From assembly GCA_000091205.1 (NCBI GenBank), contig AP006501.2: a stretch of 64,000 bases of DNA; one strand, written 5' to 3'. Each line of letters starts with the position of its first letter. Positions within the stretch are counted from its first letter, which is position 1. The DNA is from Cyanidioschyzon merolae. Its lineage: Eukaryota. The translations under genes and the position numbers were made by a program. This document shows, piece after piece, positions 22,454-32,705 of this stretch. The notes beneath the pieces were generated by a model that worked only from the letters and a program-made list of their open reading frames with translations, was not told the origin of the DNA and searched no databases.

Positions 22454-23414
22454 ACGGAGGCGTTGCAGAAGTGCGACTGAGTCGATGCTCCGAACGGCAA
22501 TCAGTGCCAGGCGACATCATTTCTGGGCTCGGGGAGCTAGCGCCTATGGAATCAATGGCTTCGGTATAGTCTGGTGTGCATAGAATGGTATCGCGACACC
22601 AGTGATGCAAGCTGCTCGCATAGACTCGAACGCTGCGTTTCTAGCTTGCGTCGTTCCCCGGAATGCATTCGTCGTCTGGCATTGCCAACGACGAACGCGT
22701 TTTATCGAGTCCTCTCTTGAATCCGAATCCGTGGCATGCACGCGGGTCTAGACCTAGTGTTCGGGGTCAGGCATACGAACGGCGGTATCAAGGCTTCAAG
22801 AAGCTGATGCGGGCTGGATTCACACCTGCACGCGTCGCTTCCGCGGGGGCATCATCAGGGCTGTGAAGAAACAAACAGCCTCTCGGAATGCATCAATTGT
22901 ACGCTGCCTCGAGCTGCTGCTTCGTCCTGTCTCTGTCGAGACTAGTGCGGGATCCGCATCGAGCAGCCGATACTTGTATACGTCATAGCTTGTACGGACC
23001 GTTTTGCAGCTCATCGTCAGGGGAATCGAGCCCGTATGGATTGTTGTTTGTGGTATTAGTGTGCTGGACTGCCTCCACGCAGCTGGGTACCGAGCGGGCA
23101 TCAGTTGATGCGCTCCGAGGCGAGCGATATATACGGTGCAGGCCGGGCACGGTGGAGAAGCGTTATCGATGCGGCGTTTCCCTTGAGCCCTGTTTCCATG
23201 TGTGTGTGAGTGATTTTGGACGTGTATGTTTTCTAAAAGCAAGTCTCATCAATCGCGCACTGTCGTGCGCATCTCCGTAAGCACATTCTGTTTCTCGCAC
23301 GACGTTGTTCGCGTCGGTTACCACCAAGGCATGAACGACACTTCAAAACGAGCATCTCTAACGCGACACTTCTAAATCACACAAACGAAATTCAAAGCGC
23401 GAGCAGTACAACTC

Positions 23415-24237
23415 ATGCAACAGTGCCCTTCACACATGGCAACTGGGCGTGACGGTGGTGCGGAGCAGACGTCACCGGCTTCATCACCGCCTTGTACCGC
23501 TCTGCGTCGTCGTCGCTTTCAATGTCTACGCTCCGAACATCAGAGCACGAACGAAAGCGTTCTGCGCACGCTGCTCCCACTGCAGTCGCTTGGGGAACTT
23601 GAGGCGTCCGTGCCGCAACCCGCGGACTATGTGGTTTACAAGGGATTCCGGTACGCCCGGCCCTACGTTCACGCCTATCAAGCGTACTGTAAAGCGCGTT
23701 GGATCGGGCTTCGACCCTGCGACGCGCTCGCGGCCGAGTTCCCGTACCTACCCGCGTCATACTGGCGGGAAGCGCAACGCACCGGTCGACTGCTCCTTAA
23801 CGATCGTCCGGTTCCAACTGACTGTGTCCTAAGCGGACACGGTGTTGAGCGTCTTACCCATATCGTGCACCGACACGAGTTGCCCGTCGTGTACACCGAG
23901 CGGATTCCGGTGCTGTACGAGGACGCGCATCTGCTAGTCGTCGATAAACCTGCATCCATTCCGGTCCATCCGGGCGGTCACTACCACCGTAACGCACTAC
24001 AGCAGTTGTTGCGCATGCAACGGCATCTCGAGCGCTTCGCTTCGCCAGCGCTACCATGCGAGACTGCAGAATGCACGACATTCGCATCGACCGCACCGGG
24101 CGACTTGTCTGCAGCATTGGGTGCGGCCGGAGCGTGCTCCCCGGTGGCAATGTCAACGACCGTGTATGACGCGTCGACAGCGGCAATAGAGACACCAAGC
24201 GCGAATGCATTGCAGCATGCACCAACAACAACAACAA

Positions 24238-24279
<42 letters not shown>

Positions 24280-26270
24280 AGCGAACAACACAACCGCTGT
24301 GGATACTCAATGCCGAGGAACATAGAAAGCACGAGCCGCAAGTCGTATCGCCGGATACCTCGAAACCGGAGACGCTGCATGTGATCCATCGCCTCGACAA
24401 GGAGACATCCGGCGTCGTTCTGTTCGCCAAAAACAAAGATACTGCTCGAAGGTTTTCCATCGAATTACAAAAGCAGAGTACAGATGTCGGTGTCGGGAAG
24501 AGTGAAAGCAGCGCCCCGTTGAACCTGCGCAAGCTTTATCTTGCTCAAGTAGAAGGTATCTGGAGCAGCTCGGACGTGATCGAAGAAGCGCCAGTACCGG
24601 AAGTTACATCCAAGGCAGCGACTCTGTCTATGACAGACACGAAACACCTCGTCCAAGCCCTATTCCACTCATTCGAGGAGCAACGCAGAACGAGGGAACA
24701 AGCCGATCAGGTGCAAGGCGCGCCCCGACCGTACCACACCAGTGCACGTCTCGTACCAGACGCGGATAGTGATTTGATATCTGCACCGAACGCATTGACT
24801 CCACTGAAACCGGCGACAACTGGTGACCAGACGCGTACACGAGCGCACAGCGAGGCTGCGCCTTTGGATATCCTAGGCGTATCGAGAAAGCGGGCCCGAA
24901 ACAGTGACGAGGTCCAGGCCTTGGTCCAGGCAGCTGTTCGCAGTCCAGACGCGTGGCGGTGTCTCGAAGCTGTCGCCGAGACGCGCGGCGTTCACGTCAT
25001 CCGCAACGACAAGGACAATGCATCTGATCTCGTGCATCGCGCAACAAGAGTGCCAGCGACGACGACGACGACGACGACGATACCCCCCGATGCCAATGCA
25101 CCGAACGCCGAATCCGGTGCAGTGACGTGCCCGGCGCTGCGCACTTTGTTTCGAGTACGCCCTGGTCCAGTTGCCTGCGACATCGATGGCGAAGCGCATG
25201 CGGTGCAGGAAACGAGCGCGCTTGACGTGGCAGCTAGCGATACCCCCATCGCCGCTGGAGGAGAAGCGGGCGCAACGCCGCCGTTGCAGTACAGCGCGAA
25301 GCGTGACATCAGTGCTGGGTCCATGGAGATGGTCGCCAGCCTCCAGCAGCGCATCATCCCCTTGAAATATCCGTGGATAGTGTGCCGTCAACGACTGCTC
25401 TACGACCGCCGTGCAAATTGCACCAAGGTTGATGCCGACCGCGGCAAACACGCTGAAACCTGGTTCCGACCGCTCGCCTACGACGCAGAGCAGCGTCGCA
25501 CGCTCGTGGCCTGCATTCCCGTCACCGGACGGACGCATCAGATACGAGTCCATTTGGAGTCCATGGGTTATCCGATTTGCGGCGACGGCCTCTATGGCGG
25601 CGCATGGAGTAGCTCGCCACTACCTTTCGCTTCTGCCCATGAACCAGCGATACCCGAGAATGATCCTCGAACAATGCTAGACGCGCTGCCGTTCCAGATA
25701 CACGGTGCTGCATCGAATCCTGCTGTCGATACCGCCCAGAGTCTGGCTCGAGTCGAGTCAGAGTTCTCGTTGCGCGACGATGCCCAGGGAGCAGCGAACG
25801 GGAACACGGAAGCGCTCGATTTTGAATCGACACCTGTCGATGCCGATATCGCTGGCCTAGCGCCCAAGGCTCCCGCACCGTCCCTCGTTGCGCGCTGTCG
25901 CGAAGCGTCTTGCACGGCTGTCACGGGAACGTCAACCCGCGCTTGCATGCGGCAACCGTCATCGGAGACGCACCACTCGACAGCATCCTGTCGCGTTTTC
26001 CGCATTGGATCGCTAGCGGCAGAGCAGAGCCCTCGCTGCGCTCCCGAAGACGATGCGGCAAGCATGGGTTGCGTAATCTGTCCTGCACTGGCGGCGATTC
26101 CAAATGCCCTTCCAGAGTGCATTCATCTGCATGCGTTTTGCTACGGAACGTTCATAGCGCCGTTGCCGCAGTGGGCCATGGTGTACGGACCAGCATTGCG
26201 CCGGCACCAAGATGGAGAAGGCACATCCGAACTCGCCGGGTCTAGTGCACTGAGCGACGCATCCCCATGA
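23415..26270 (+). CDS. RluA-family RNA pseudouridine synthase (RPUSD-like) with long low-complexity insertions
   Basis: 'LLVVDKPASIPVHPGG', catalytic 'HRLDKETSGVVLFAK', and 'GRTHQIRVHLESMGYPICGDGLYGG'. Poly-Thr and poly-Ala tracts are encoded by (ACA)n(GCA)n at 24228-24284 and (ACG)n at 25056-25080. Confidence 0.8.
24228..24284. repeat. (CAA)n(CAG)n microsatellite inside the PUS CDS (read as Thr6-Ala12)
   Basis: 'acaacaacaacaacaacagcagcagcagcagcagcagcagcagcagcagcagca'. Confidence 0.9.
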
Positions 26271-26662
26271 CATGTGACCCCAATGGGCTCCGCTACGAGC
26301 ACAAGGCATGCACCAAGCCCCGGTTTCATGGATACCGTGCAGCATTCGTTCTAGAGCGCGCAATCAAACGCCGTCATGATGCCGTTCGACGTGCGGACCA
26401 ATGGACGACGTTTTGCGCGCTGAGCGCCTTGCGATTCGCCAGTCGCAAACAACCTCGTCACCCGTGCATCGTCTGACGGAACGCGTGCGCGCACCGCAAA
26501 AAGTCCTCGTCGGAAGCCGCCTCGCGACTCGACATCGACCTATGCACGCGAGCGATTTCGAAGCCGCCGTTGCATCATCGCGTGTGCACTACCGAACTCG
26601 GTTCGATAAACGCCGGCGCGAGACGGTGCTAACGCAACGCGCCTGCACCATCCCGATACCGC

Positions 26663-29254
26663 TCAGACTTGCGGCGTACGATCGGTACTCGTGCTGGTGC
26701 TCAGCCAACGCGATGGATAGCGAGGATCTTCGTTCTCCATTTTGTTCAACCATTCCACAATTTGCTGGAACGAGGGCCTCTCGCTGTAGTGCTCTTTCCA
26801 GCACTGCTCCATCAGCTGCGCCCATTGGCTCGGGATTCTCCAGGCGCTCTTCGAGTCTGGTCCCGAGCGCAGCGGCGGTCGGGCACCCTTGTCGGCCACT
26901 GCAAAGGCCGCCTGGATAGGTGTCATCGTCGCATACGGAATTTCGGCTGTGAAAAACTCCCAAATCGTGATACCGAAACTATACACATCCACTTTCTCGG
27001 TGTAGCGCTCGTGGCGAATCATCTCCGGGGCCATCCAACGATAGGTGCCGGTCTCCGCGGTCATCACGCCCGCCGCCGACGACGACGTGGATGCACTGGA
27101 TTCGGAGGCCGCAGTTGCCAACGACCTCGCCAGACCAAAGTCGGCAACTTTCACCGTTGGACGACCTAGACTCAGTGGTTTGTCCAACAGAAGGTTCTGC
27201 GATTTCAGATCGCGGTGAATGAGGCCACACGCGTGCAAGTACGCCATGCCGCGGGCTGTATCACGAGCCAGCGCCACCAGATCCGCGTGCTGCAGACGCC
27301 GCCACGCAGGCAACCGAATCGCCTGGTAAACGCTGCCACCAAAGCAGAACTCTGTGATGATCGCGAGACGCGGAATCCGTGGAACCGCACCCAGAAAAAG
27401 CAGGATGTTGCTGTGCCGAAGCTTGCTCATCACATTGACCTCTTCACAAAAGCTCTGAATCACGGACTCTGCACCCTTCTCGACGGATATCACTTTTGCC
27501 GCCACGATGCTGGCTCGCCATTCTGCTTTGTATAGCTCGCTGAACGCGCCCGATCCGATTTTCTCCTGCAGCTTAATCTCAGCAAAATCAATCTCCCAAG
27601 TCTTTTGGGTATCGCGAAGTTTTGTTTTGAGAACTTTGATGCGATCCTTGGACACCTCAAGTTCGTTGCGCAATCGGCGTACGAGTTCCGCGAGTTCCGT
27701 TACCGATGCATTCGGACCTGCGTCTCGCTCGGAGAGCATAGGATTTGACTCGGTTACCGGACCAATGGTTCGTGCCTGCGTCGCCACCTGAAGCGTTACC
27801 TGGGTGTCGGGTGCAGGGCCCGCCCCAGCGGCACCCCGAACGCTGCCATCCGCAGTCGCCAGTGGCCGCTGCGGCGCAAAAACTAGGCCGGACTCGACGC
27901 TGTTTTCTTCGGCGCGCAGACGCAGGCCATGGCAACGTAAGTTGCGCAGCAGGAAAGCTCGTCTTGTCATGTTGTGCTCATGAGCGATCCAACGAATTTT
28001 CATGCGCGCTCGATTGACAAGCACAGCATGACGAGTCAGACGATCAGCGGGTCGGATCCGCTCACAGAGGTTCTGCAGGCCAAAAATCCAGGCCATGAGT
28101 TCATCTTCGGTGATTGCGGCCATATCGACAGTGCGCTCGTTCAGGACCAAACTGAAACAAAGCCAGTCAGGGTCGGGAATGCGATCAGGGCCCAGTGTAG
28201 CAAAGACTGTGCTTTGCGGCCCGTGTAAGATCCGTTCGCACGTGTCCAAGCTCACGGAATGAATGCGAATGGGCTTTTCGGGGCGATTCATAGCGGATTC
28301 TTGGGCTTCTGTGCGGAACTGCGTGTCGCCAGCGCTTGAGTGCCCCGCAATGGTGCTCGACCATCGCAGTTCGCGGCTCTCGATATCCACATACACGTGT
28401 TCCCGGCGTCGTTTCCCCGATGAGAACGAGTATCGGTAGAGGACGCTGCCGTGGCGGAGAAATTCCCGATCGGCATCGCGGCGTGCTTCGAGGTAGCGTC
28501 GATCGGCAACCTCCCGCGCACGCTGCTCAAGATCCGACAGCGCGATATTCGAGAGCGATCGCTCGACACCCGAGGCGGCGGCGAGTCGCCCTTCGGCATT
28601 TGCAATCGCAGCGGCGGCGGCCATGCGTGCTGGCGGTGCCTTTGGAATATCCTCGTTGCCAGCAGGCGCAGTGCTGGACAATGCTGGTGGCACTGGTACC
28701 GTTTCGCGGCTGCTGCCTCGAGGCGCTGCGCCTCGCGCGCTCGACACAGGCTCTGCTGCCCGTGACTCACCAGTCAGGACACGCATGAGTTCATCGTAAA
28801 GCTGCGAGGCTCGTGCATCATCCTCTAGCACTCCGTCAGCATCATCGAGCCGAAAGATGTCCATAATAGAGTCAGACGGTAGCGAGAAAAGCTTCGCCGC
28901 TACAATGTTAAACCCATAGTCTCTGAGTTTATCCGAGAGCTCTGCGAGGAGGCCTTTCCGCTCACGACCCACAACTGTAAGTTCAACGGTTTTCATGCCA
29001 CCTTTCTGCTCCACGGCAAACTCAACGAACGGTTTTTTCGATAAGATAAACTGGCGCCATAGTTGGTAATGGCGCAGCGTCACCTCGGCCGGCAGCGACA
29101 TGACATACTCTCCAGGCCGGGCGCTTCGAACGTGGCCGCTCGCGCGTTCTACATGGTATGCGCTGCGGCTGTCGGGCGGCGGCGAAGGCACGGGCGGGTC
29201 CCCTTGGCCGCTCCCCCGCTCGGTACCCGCACCCGACCGTTGCACATCTGGCAT
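26663..29254 (-). CDS. TKL-type Ser/Thr protein kinase with an N-terminal ACT-like domain and a PH-like domain
   Basis: C-terminal kinase domain: 'IGSGAFSELYKAEW', 'VAAKV', 'LIHRDLKSQNLLLD', 'VKVADFGLARS', 'GTYRWMAPEMI'. N-terminal 'TVELTVVGRERKGLLAELSDKLRDYGFNIVAAKLF' is ACT-like. Central 'LRWSS...LCFSLVLNERTVDMAAITEDELMAWIFGLQNL' is PH-like. The TTG at 29266 was replaced by the ATG at 29252-29254. Confidence 0.8.
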   Translation of the reverse strand: MPDVQRSGAGTERGSGQGDPPVPSPPPDSRSAYHVERASGHVRSARPGEYVMSLPAEVTLRHYQLWRQFILSKKPFVEFAVEQKGGMKTVELTVVGRERKGLLAELSDKLRDYGFNIVAAKLFSLPSDSIMDIFRLDDADGVLEDDARASQLYDELMRVLTGESRAAEPVSSARGAAPRGSSRETVPVPPALSSTAPAGNEDIPKAPPARMAAAAAIANAEGRLAAASGVERSLSNIALSDLEQRAREVADRRYLEARRDADREFLRHGSVLYRYSFSSGKRRREHVYVDIESRELRWSSTIAGHSSAGDTQFRTEAQESAMNRPEKPIRIHSVSLDTCERILHGPQSTVFATLGPDRIPDPDWLCFSLVLNERTVDMAAITEDELMAWIFGLQNLCERIRPADRLTRHAVLVNRARMKIRWIAHEHNMTRRAFLLRNLRCHGLRLRAEENSVESGLVFAPQRPLATADGSVRGAAGAGPAPDTQVTLQVATQARTIGPVTESNPMLSERDAGPNASVTELAELVRRLRNELEVSKDRIKVLKTKLRDTQKTWEIDFAEIKLQEKIGSGAFSELYKAEWRASIVAAKVISVEKGAESVIQSFCEEVNVMSKLRHSNILLFLGAVPRIPRLAIITEFCFGGSVYQAIRLPAWRRLQHADLVALARDTARGMAYLHACGLIHRDLKSQNLLLDKPLSLGRPTVKVADFGLARSLATAASESSASTSSSAAGVMTAETGTYRWMAPEMIRHERYTEKVDVYSFGITIWEFFTAEIPYATMTPIQAAFAVADKGARPPLRSGPDSKSAWRIPSQWAQLMEQCWKEHYSERPSFQQIVEWLNKMENEDPRYPSRWLSTSTSTDRTPQV

Positions 29255-29439
29255 CCTCTCGAACAAACTCGTACGCTAGTCAATATTTTTGTTCAAGTAT
29301 ATCTCGCGCTTATTTCGTGCCACTTCAGCGTTCCACGTCGTCTCTAGTGCACGCTCCCTTTCGTGCTTCACTTCGTTCCGGAAACAGGTACCAGGGCACG
29401 CGCACTCGGAGGGTGCCGTTCGCTGGGCCGCCAACCTCG

Positions 29440-29885
29440 CCACCGTGTGTCTCCACCCCAAAATTTCGACGATGCAATGCCCGTTTTCGAAAAAGTACCT
29501 GCCTAAGGTTCCACCTTCGAAGCGTCACCGTCTCGAAAACGCAAAAGCGCACGCTTCCGCAGTGCGCATTCTAGCGCGCGGCAAAGTGCGAAAGCAACAC
29601 GCATCCGGCGGCGGCGTGTCTACACGCATCCGGCGCTGGGATGGCGGGATCGCTGCGAGCACGCATGCTGCAAGCGTAGCGGCGCTATAGGCGCCGCTGC
29701 TGTCGCTATCGGCAAGCACTAGGCACACGCAATAGCACGTATGAAACGACCAGAATATCTGAGAAGAAGTACAGGTAATCTAACTTGGAGGAAGGTGCTT
29801 CATCATGGACGCTTTCCCGAAAGCCACTATCCTTTCCGAATTCTGGAATCCATGGTCAATGGAAACGTCTTGTTAATGAAAAAAA
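29440..29885 (+). repeat. Repeat 'U', copy B, immediately 5' of the Fanzor copy-B left end
   Basis: Direct-orientation homology with 19600-20170 (see copy A). Confidence 0.5.
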
Positions 29886-30220
29886 CGAATCGCGCTCGGT
29901 GGGCGCACCTGGGAGATCAGGCAGTCAACTGACGCGATGCGCGTGCCGTTGTTGAAGGGAAACTCATTTGGGATCACGAGCGTGTTGTTCAGCTGTAAAA
30001 TGTTGGATTTCCGTTCAGGTCGTAGCCAAGTAAAGTTTTTCAGTTTATTTTTGTTTCAAACTTCAAACACGTTTAGTCAAGTGTTTTTTCGCAGTATATA
30101 ACAGCAGGGCTCAAAGAGCGTTCTTTTTCAAAGAAACTAATAAAAGGAAAGTTATGAAAAACCAAGTCCACGATCCTGGAGCCCCAGTGTCGCCGGCTGC
30201 CAGAAAAAAAACAAAAAACA

Positions 30221-32530
30221 GTGCCGAGTCCAGAAGAAAAGGAAGAGAAGAAGGACCGAAAGGGGGAGGCCCTACGTCGAAGGCGGCACGAGAGACGACT
30301 GTACGACGAGGTGGTGGTGAAAACCTTTCTTCTTAAACTTATCCAGGATCCCTATAGGAAAAAGTTGCGAGGCGCTATCGAAAAACGTGTCGACACGTAC
30401 TCCAAGAATATTGTCAAGGCGTCGTCGGGACTGATGCATTTAGCGAGGGAGATGTACGAAGACGTCGCGCACATGGAAACAGTCGAGATTCCAGACGAGT
30501 TCTTCGACAAGACCTTTATTCAACACCTGATGCTTGGTACAGGGGAAACGCGGAGGGAAAATGAGCGGGTGCACGCCCTCCACGAAAACTTCGCGGGATT
30601 CCGCTTCGAGGGTAATCGATACAAGGGTGACTCGAATATGTACGGCTATGGGGCGATGAAGTACCTCACGAACCTGAAGAACCATTCGATAGTGAACCTC
30701 GAACGTTACATGATACGCGCCTTGTTTGCACTCTACCCGGGCATCTGTCCGAAAGGAATATCAGCGATTATCAATGGCATCACGCACGATCGCAAGCGTG
30801 AAGATGACATCGAATTTGTCGACAAGAAGGCATCAAAAGTGAGCACGAATGAAGCTTCTGTAATCCGTGCGGTTATACAAGAGCACCGTGCGGTACTGGG
30901 GCTGGTGAGTCCAACAGACAAGATATCAGAGTCGAAAAAGGATAAGGAAAGATACTATCGCCTCATCCTGTGCTATTTCGTGTTTCTGGACCGAGAGCTC
31001 GAACGCAAGTCGGAGATGAACCTGAGTGAAGAGACAAATGAAGAGTACGAGAGACGGAAGGCTGTCCTAATGGGGAAGCGCTTCAACGTGGTTCCAATGT
31101 CCAATATCAAGTCACATTATGTGACTACCGACTCCAGAGTCCTTTACGGCATCATGAGGGAGATCAGTCCCGAATTCAATGTTAGTGTGGAGGGCTTCAC
31201 CGGCGAAAACCGGGAGACGCACTGGAAGAATATCTTCGATTTCAAACGTCTCAAAACGAGCAAACAAAATGTATTCACCGGGATGATCGAAGCCGATGGA
31301 GTAGCCTTGTGTGTACACAATCGGCGATTGAAGAAAGTTCGTCCAACTCCGCCTTCGGCTGCGCCCGTCATGAAGGATGAAGAAAACAAAGAGGAGGATC
31401 CTGTGACGCAGGAGGAGCAGGATGACGACCTTGTCGTTGGCGTGACGAAGGATGAAGAAAACAAAGAGGAGGATCCTGTGACACAGGAGGAGCAGGATGA
31501 CGACCTTGTCGTTGGCGTGACGAAGGATGAAGAAAACAAAGAGGAGGATCCTGTGACACAGGACATGCATGATAACGATTTTGTCGTTGGCGTGACGAAG
31601 GATGAAGATGAGAAGGAGGCGAGTCCTGCGACGCAGGAGGTGGAGAATAACGACTTTATGGTTGACGCGACGAAGCATGAAGAAAAGAAGGAGGCGGATC
31701 CTGCGACCCACAAAGTGCAGGATAACGACTTTGTCGTTGGCGCGGACCCTGGGAATACGAATATCATAACCATCGCTGCTCCCAAGCGTGCGGAAGATGG
31801 TACTGATGGTAACTTACGTCAGAAAGACATGCGTCTGTTGAGGTTCTCGAGAGCGAGATACTATCGAGAATCGGGAATCATAAATGCAAGGAAGAAAATC
31901 GAGACTTGGAATTCAGGAATGAAAGAGCACCTGGAAGCTTCGAGCGAGGTGACGAGCCGAGGAGCGGACTTTGAAGCTTTTCGGAAATTCACGGAAGTTC
32001 GCGTTGCTCATTGGGAGGCGCCGTGAGAGGAGTATACCAAGTCCCGGTGGGCTCGTTTGCGAATGAATTTGTATTGTGGGAAGCATCGGGCATTCGCGAA
32101 TTTTTTCAATCAACTGAGTGCCCTGAAGGAGAATCAAAGTGAGAGGTTGGTAGTGACGTACGGAGCAGGGCGCTGGATGACCCAAAAAGGAACTACGCCA
32201 GCTCCAACGACGAGAACGTACAAGGAATGTGCAAGGCGTTTCGCTACGATGCCTGTAGATCGGTTCCGAACGTCCTATACACACCATGAACTGGGTTGTA
32301 CACTACAGAGAGTCGAGATGGAAAAGTGCCAACGGAGCTTTGAGGACATAGCAAAGTACGGACCGATGACGGGGGAGCAAATGGAAACAAGGGCGAACGT
32401 TCGTGGACTCCTTGCACTTGTTAGTACAGTCAATGGCAACGAAAAACGGATGGAGTATGTGAATCGTGACTTTAATGCCGCTCTCAATATAAGGAAATGT
32501 GCGGTGCTGGAGAAAAGACCTCCAGAGTAG
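30221..32530 (+). CDS. TnpB/Fanzor-like RuvC nuclease homolog (eukaryotic OMEGA-type); one in-frame TGA at 32024-32026 separates a 601-aa ORF (30221..32026) from an in-frame 157-aa ORF (32057..32530)
   Basis: The N-terminus is basic and NLS-like ('[20 protein letters not shown]'). RuvC-I-like '[17 protein letters not shown]' sits at 31727-31780, with the Asp codon at 31745-31747. The RuvC-II-position block is '[13 protein letters not shown]'. A Cys/His cluster 'YKEC...HHELGC...EKCQ' follows. RuvC-III hallmark '[15 protein letters not shown]' sits at 32456-32500, with the Asp codon at 32468-32470. Frame 2 is open from 30158. The track start is a GTG, and an ATG at 30154 lies in frame 1. Confidence 0.7.
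31372..31746 (+). repeat. 75-bp (25-codon) in-frame tandem repeat, 5 units, inside the Fanzor ORF immediately before RuvC-I
   Basis: The unit is 'gaaggatgaagaaaacaaagaggaggatcctgtgacgcaggaggagcaggatgacgaccttgtcgttggcgtgac'. Units 1 and 2 are near-identical, 3 to 5 are progressively diverged, and the last unit runs into 'DFVVGADPG'. Copy A has a single unit. Confidence 0.9.
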
Positions 32531-32705
32531 ACAAGACGGAACTTTATCGGACAACCTCTCAAAGTCGAACTATATGAGAAAAAGTTGGAAGACGTAGTGG
32601 GTGACCCGTCGAGAACGACTCGCAGCCGTCTGCACGTCAGTCGGACACGTCTTGTCCAAGGCGCAGTTGCTGCCACGACTGTACACAGCCGGAAGCTGTG
32701 ACTGA
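32440..32705 (+). ncRNA. Candidate omega-RNA / right-end scaffold region of the Fanzor element (inference only)
   Basis: The segment from the RuvC-III coding end to the right end is conserved at about 65-70% among copies A, B and C (core '...cgtcgagaa(c/a)gactc(g/a)(c/a)agccgtct(g/a)(c/t)acgtc(a/g)gt...'). By analogy with TnpB/Fanzor loci, the guide scaffold overlaps the 3' end of the ORF. Confidence 0.25.

Larger units (their letters stand above)
29900..32705 (+). mobile_element. Fanzor-family element, copy B (about 2.8 kb, most intact copy)
   Basis: The left end was inferred from the loss of homology with copy A at about 29920. The right end was inferred from the loss of homology at about 32705, roughly 20 bp before the Tim17 ATG. 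It carries one long nuclease ORF and no recognisable transposase. Confidence 0.6.

Noticed and set aside
23854-24532. ORFs 23854..24291, 23981..24532 and 24153..24389 (- strand) encoding poly-Leu, poly-Ala and poly-Cys
   Set aside because: These are antisense readings of the (CAA)n(CAG)n microsatellite within the pseudouridine synthase CDS.
31112-31785. ORFs 31112..31711, 31144..31785 and 31368..31559 (- strand)
   Set aside because: They are antisense translations of the 75-bp tandem repeat inside the Fanzor ORF.
32023-32093. A short intron beginning 'GTGAGA' at 32023 that would remove the in-frame TGA of the Fanzor ORF
   Set aside because: The candidate AG acceptors (32040/41, 32092/93) give introns that are either far too short (19 nt) or out of frame (71 nt). 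It is unresolved; I treat the TGA as a genuine interruption or read-through site.
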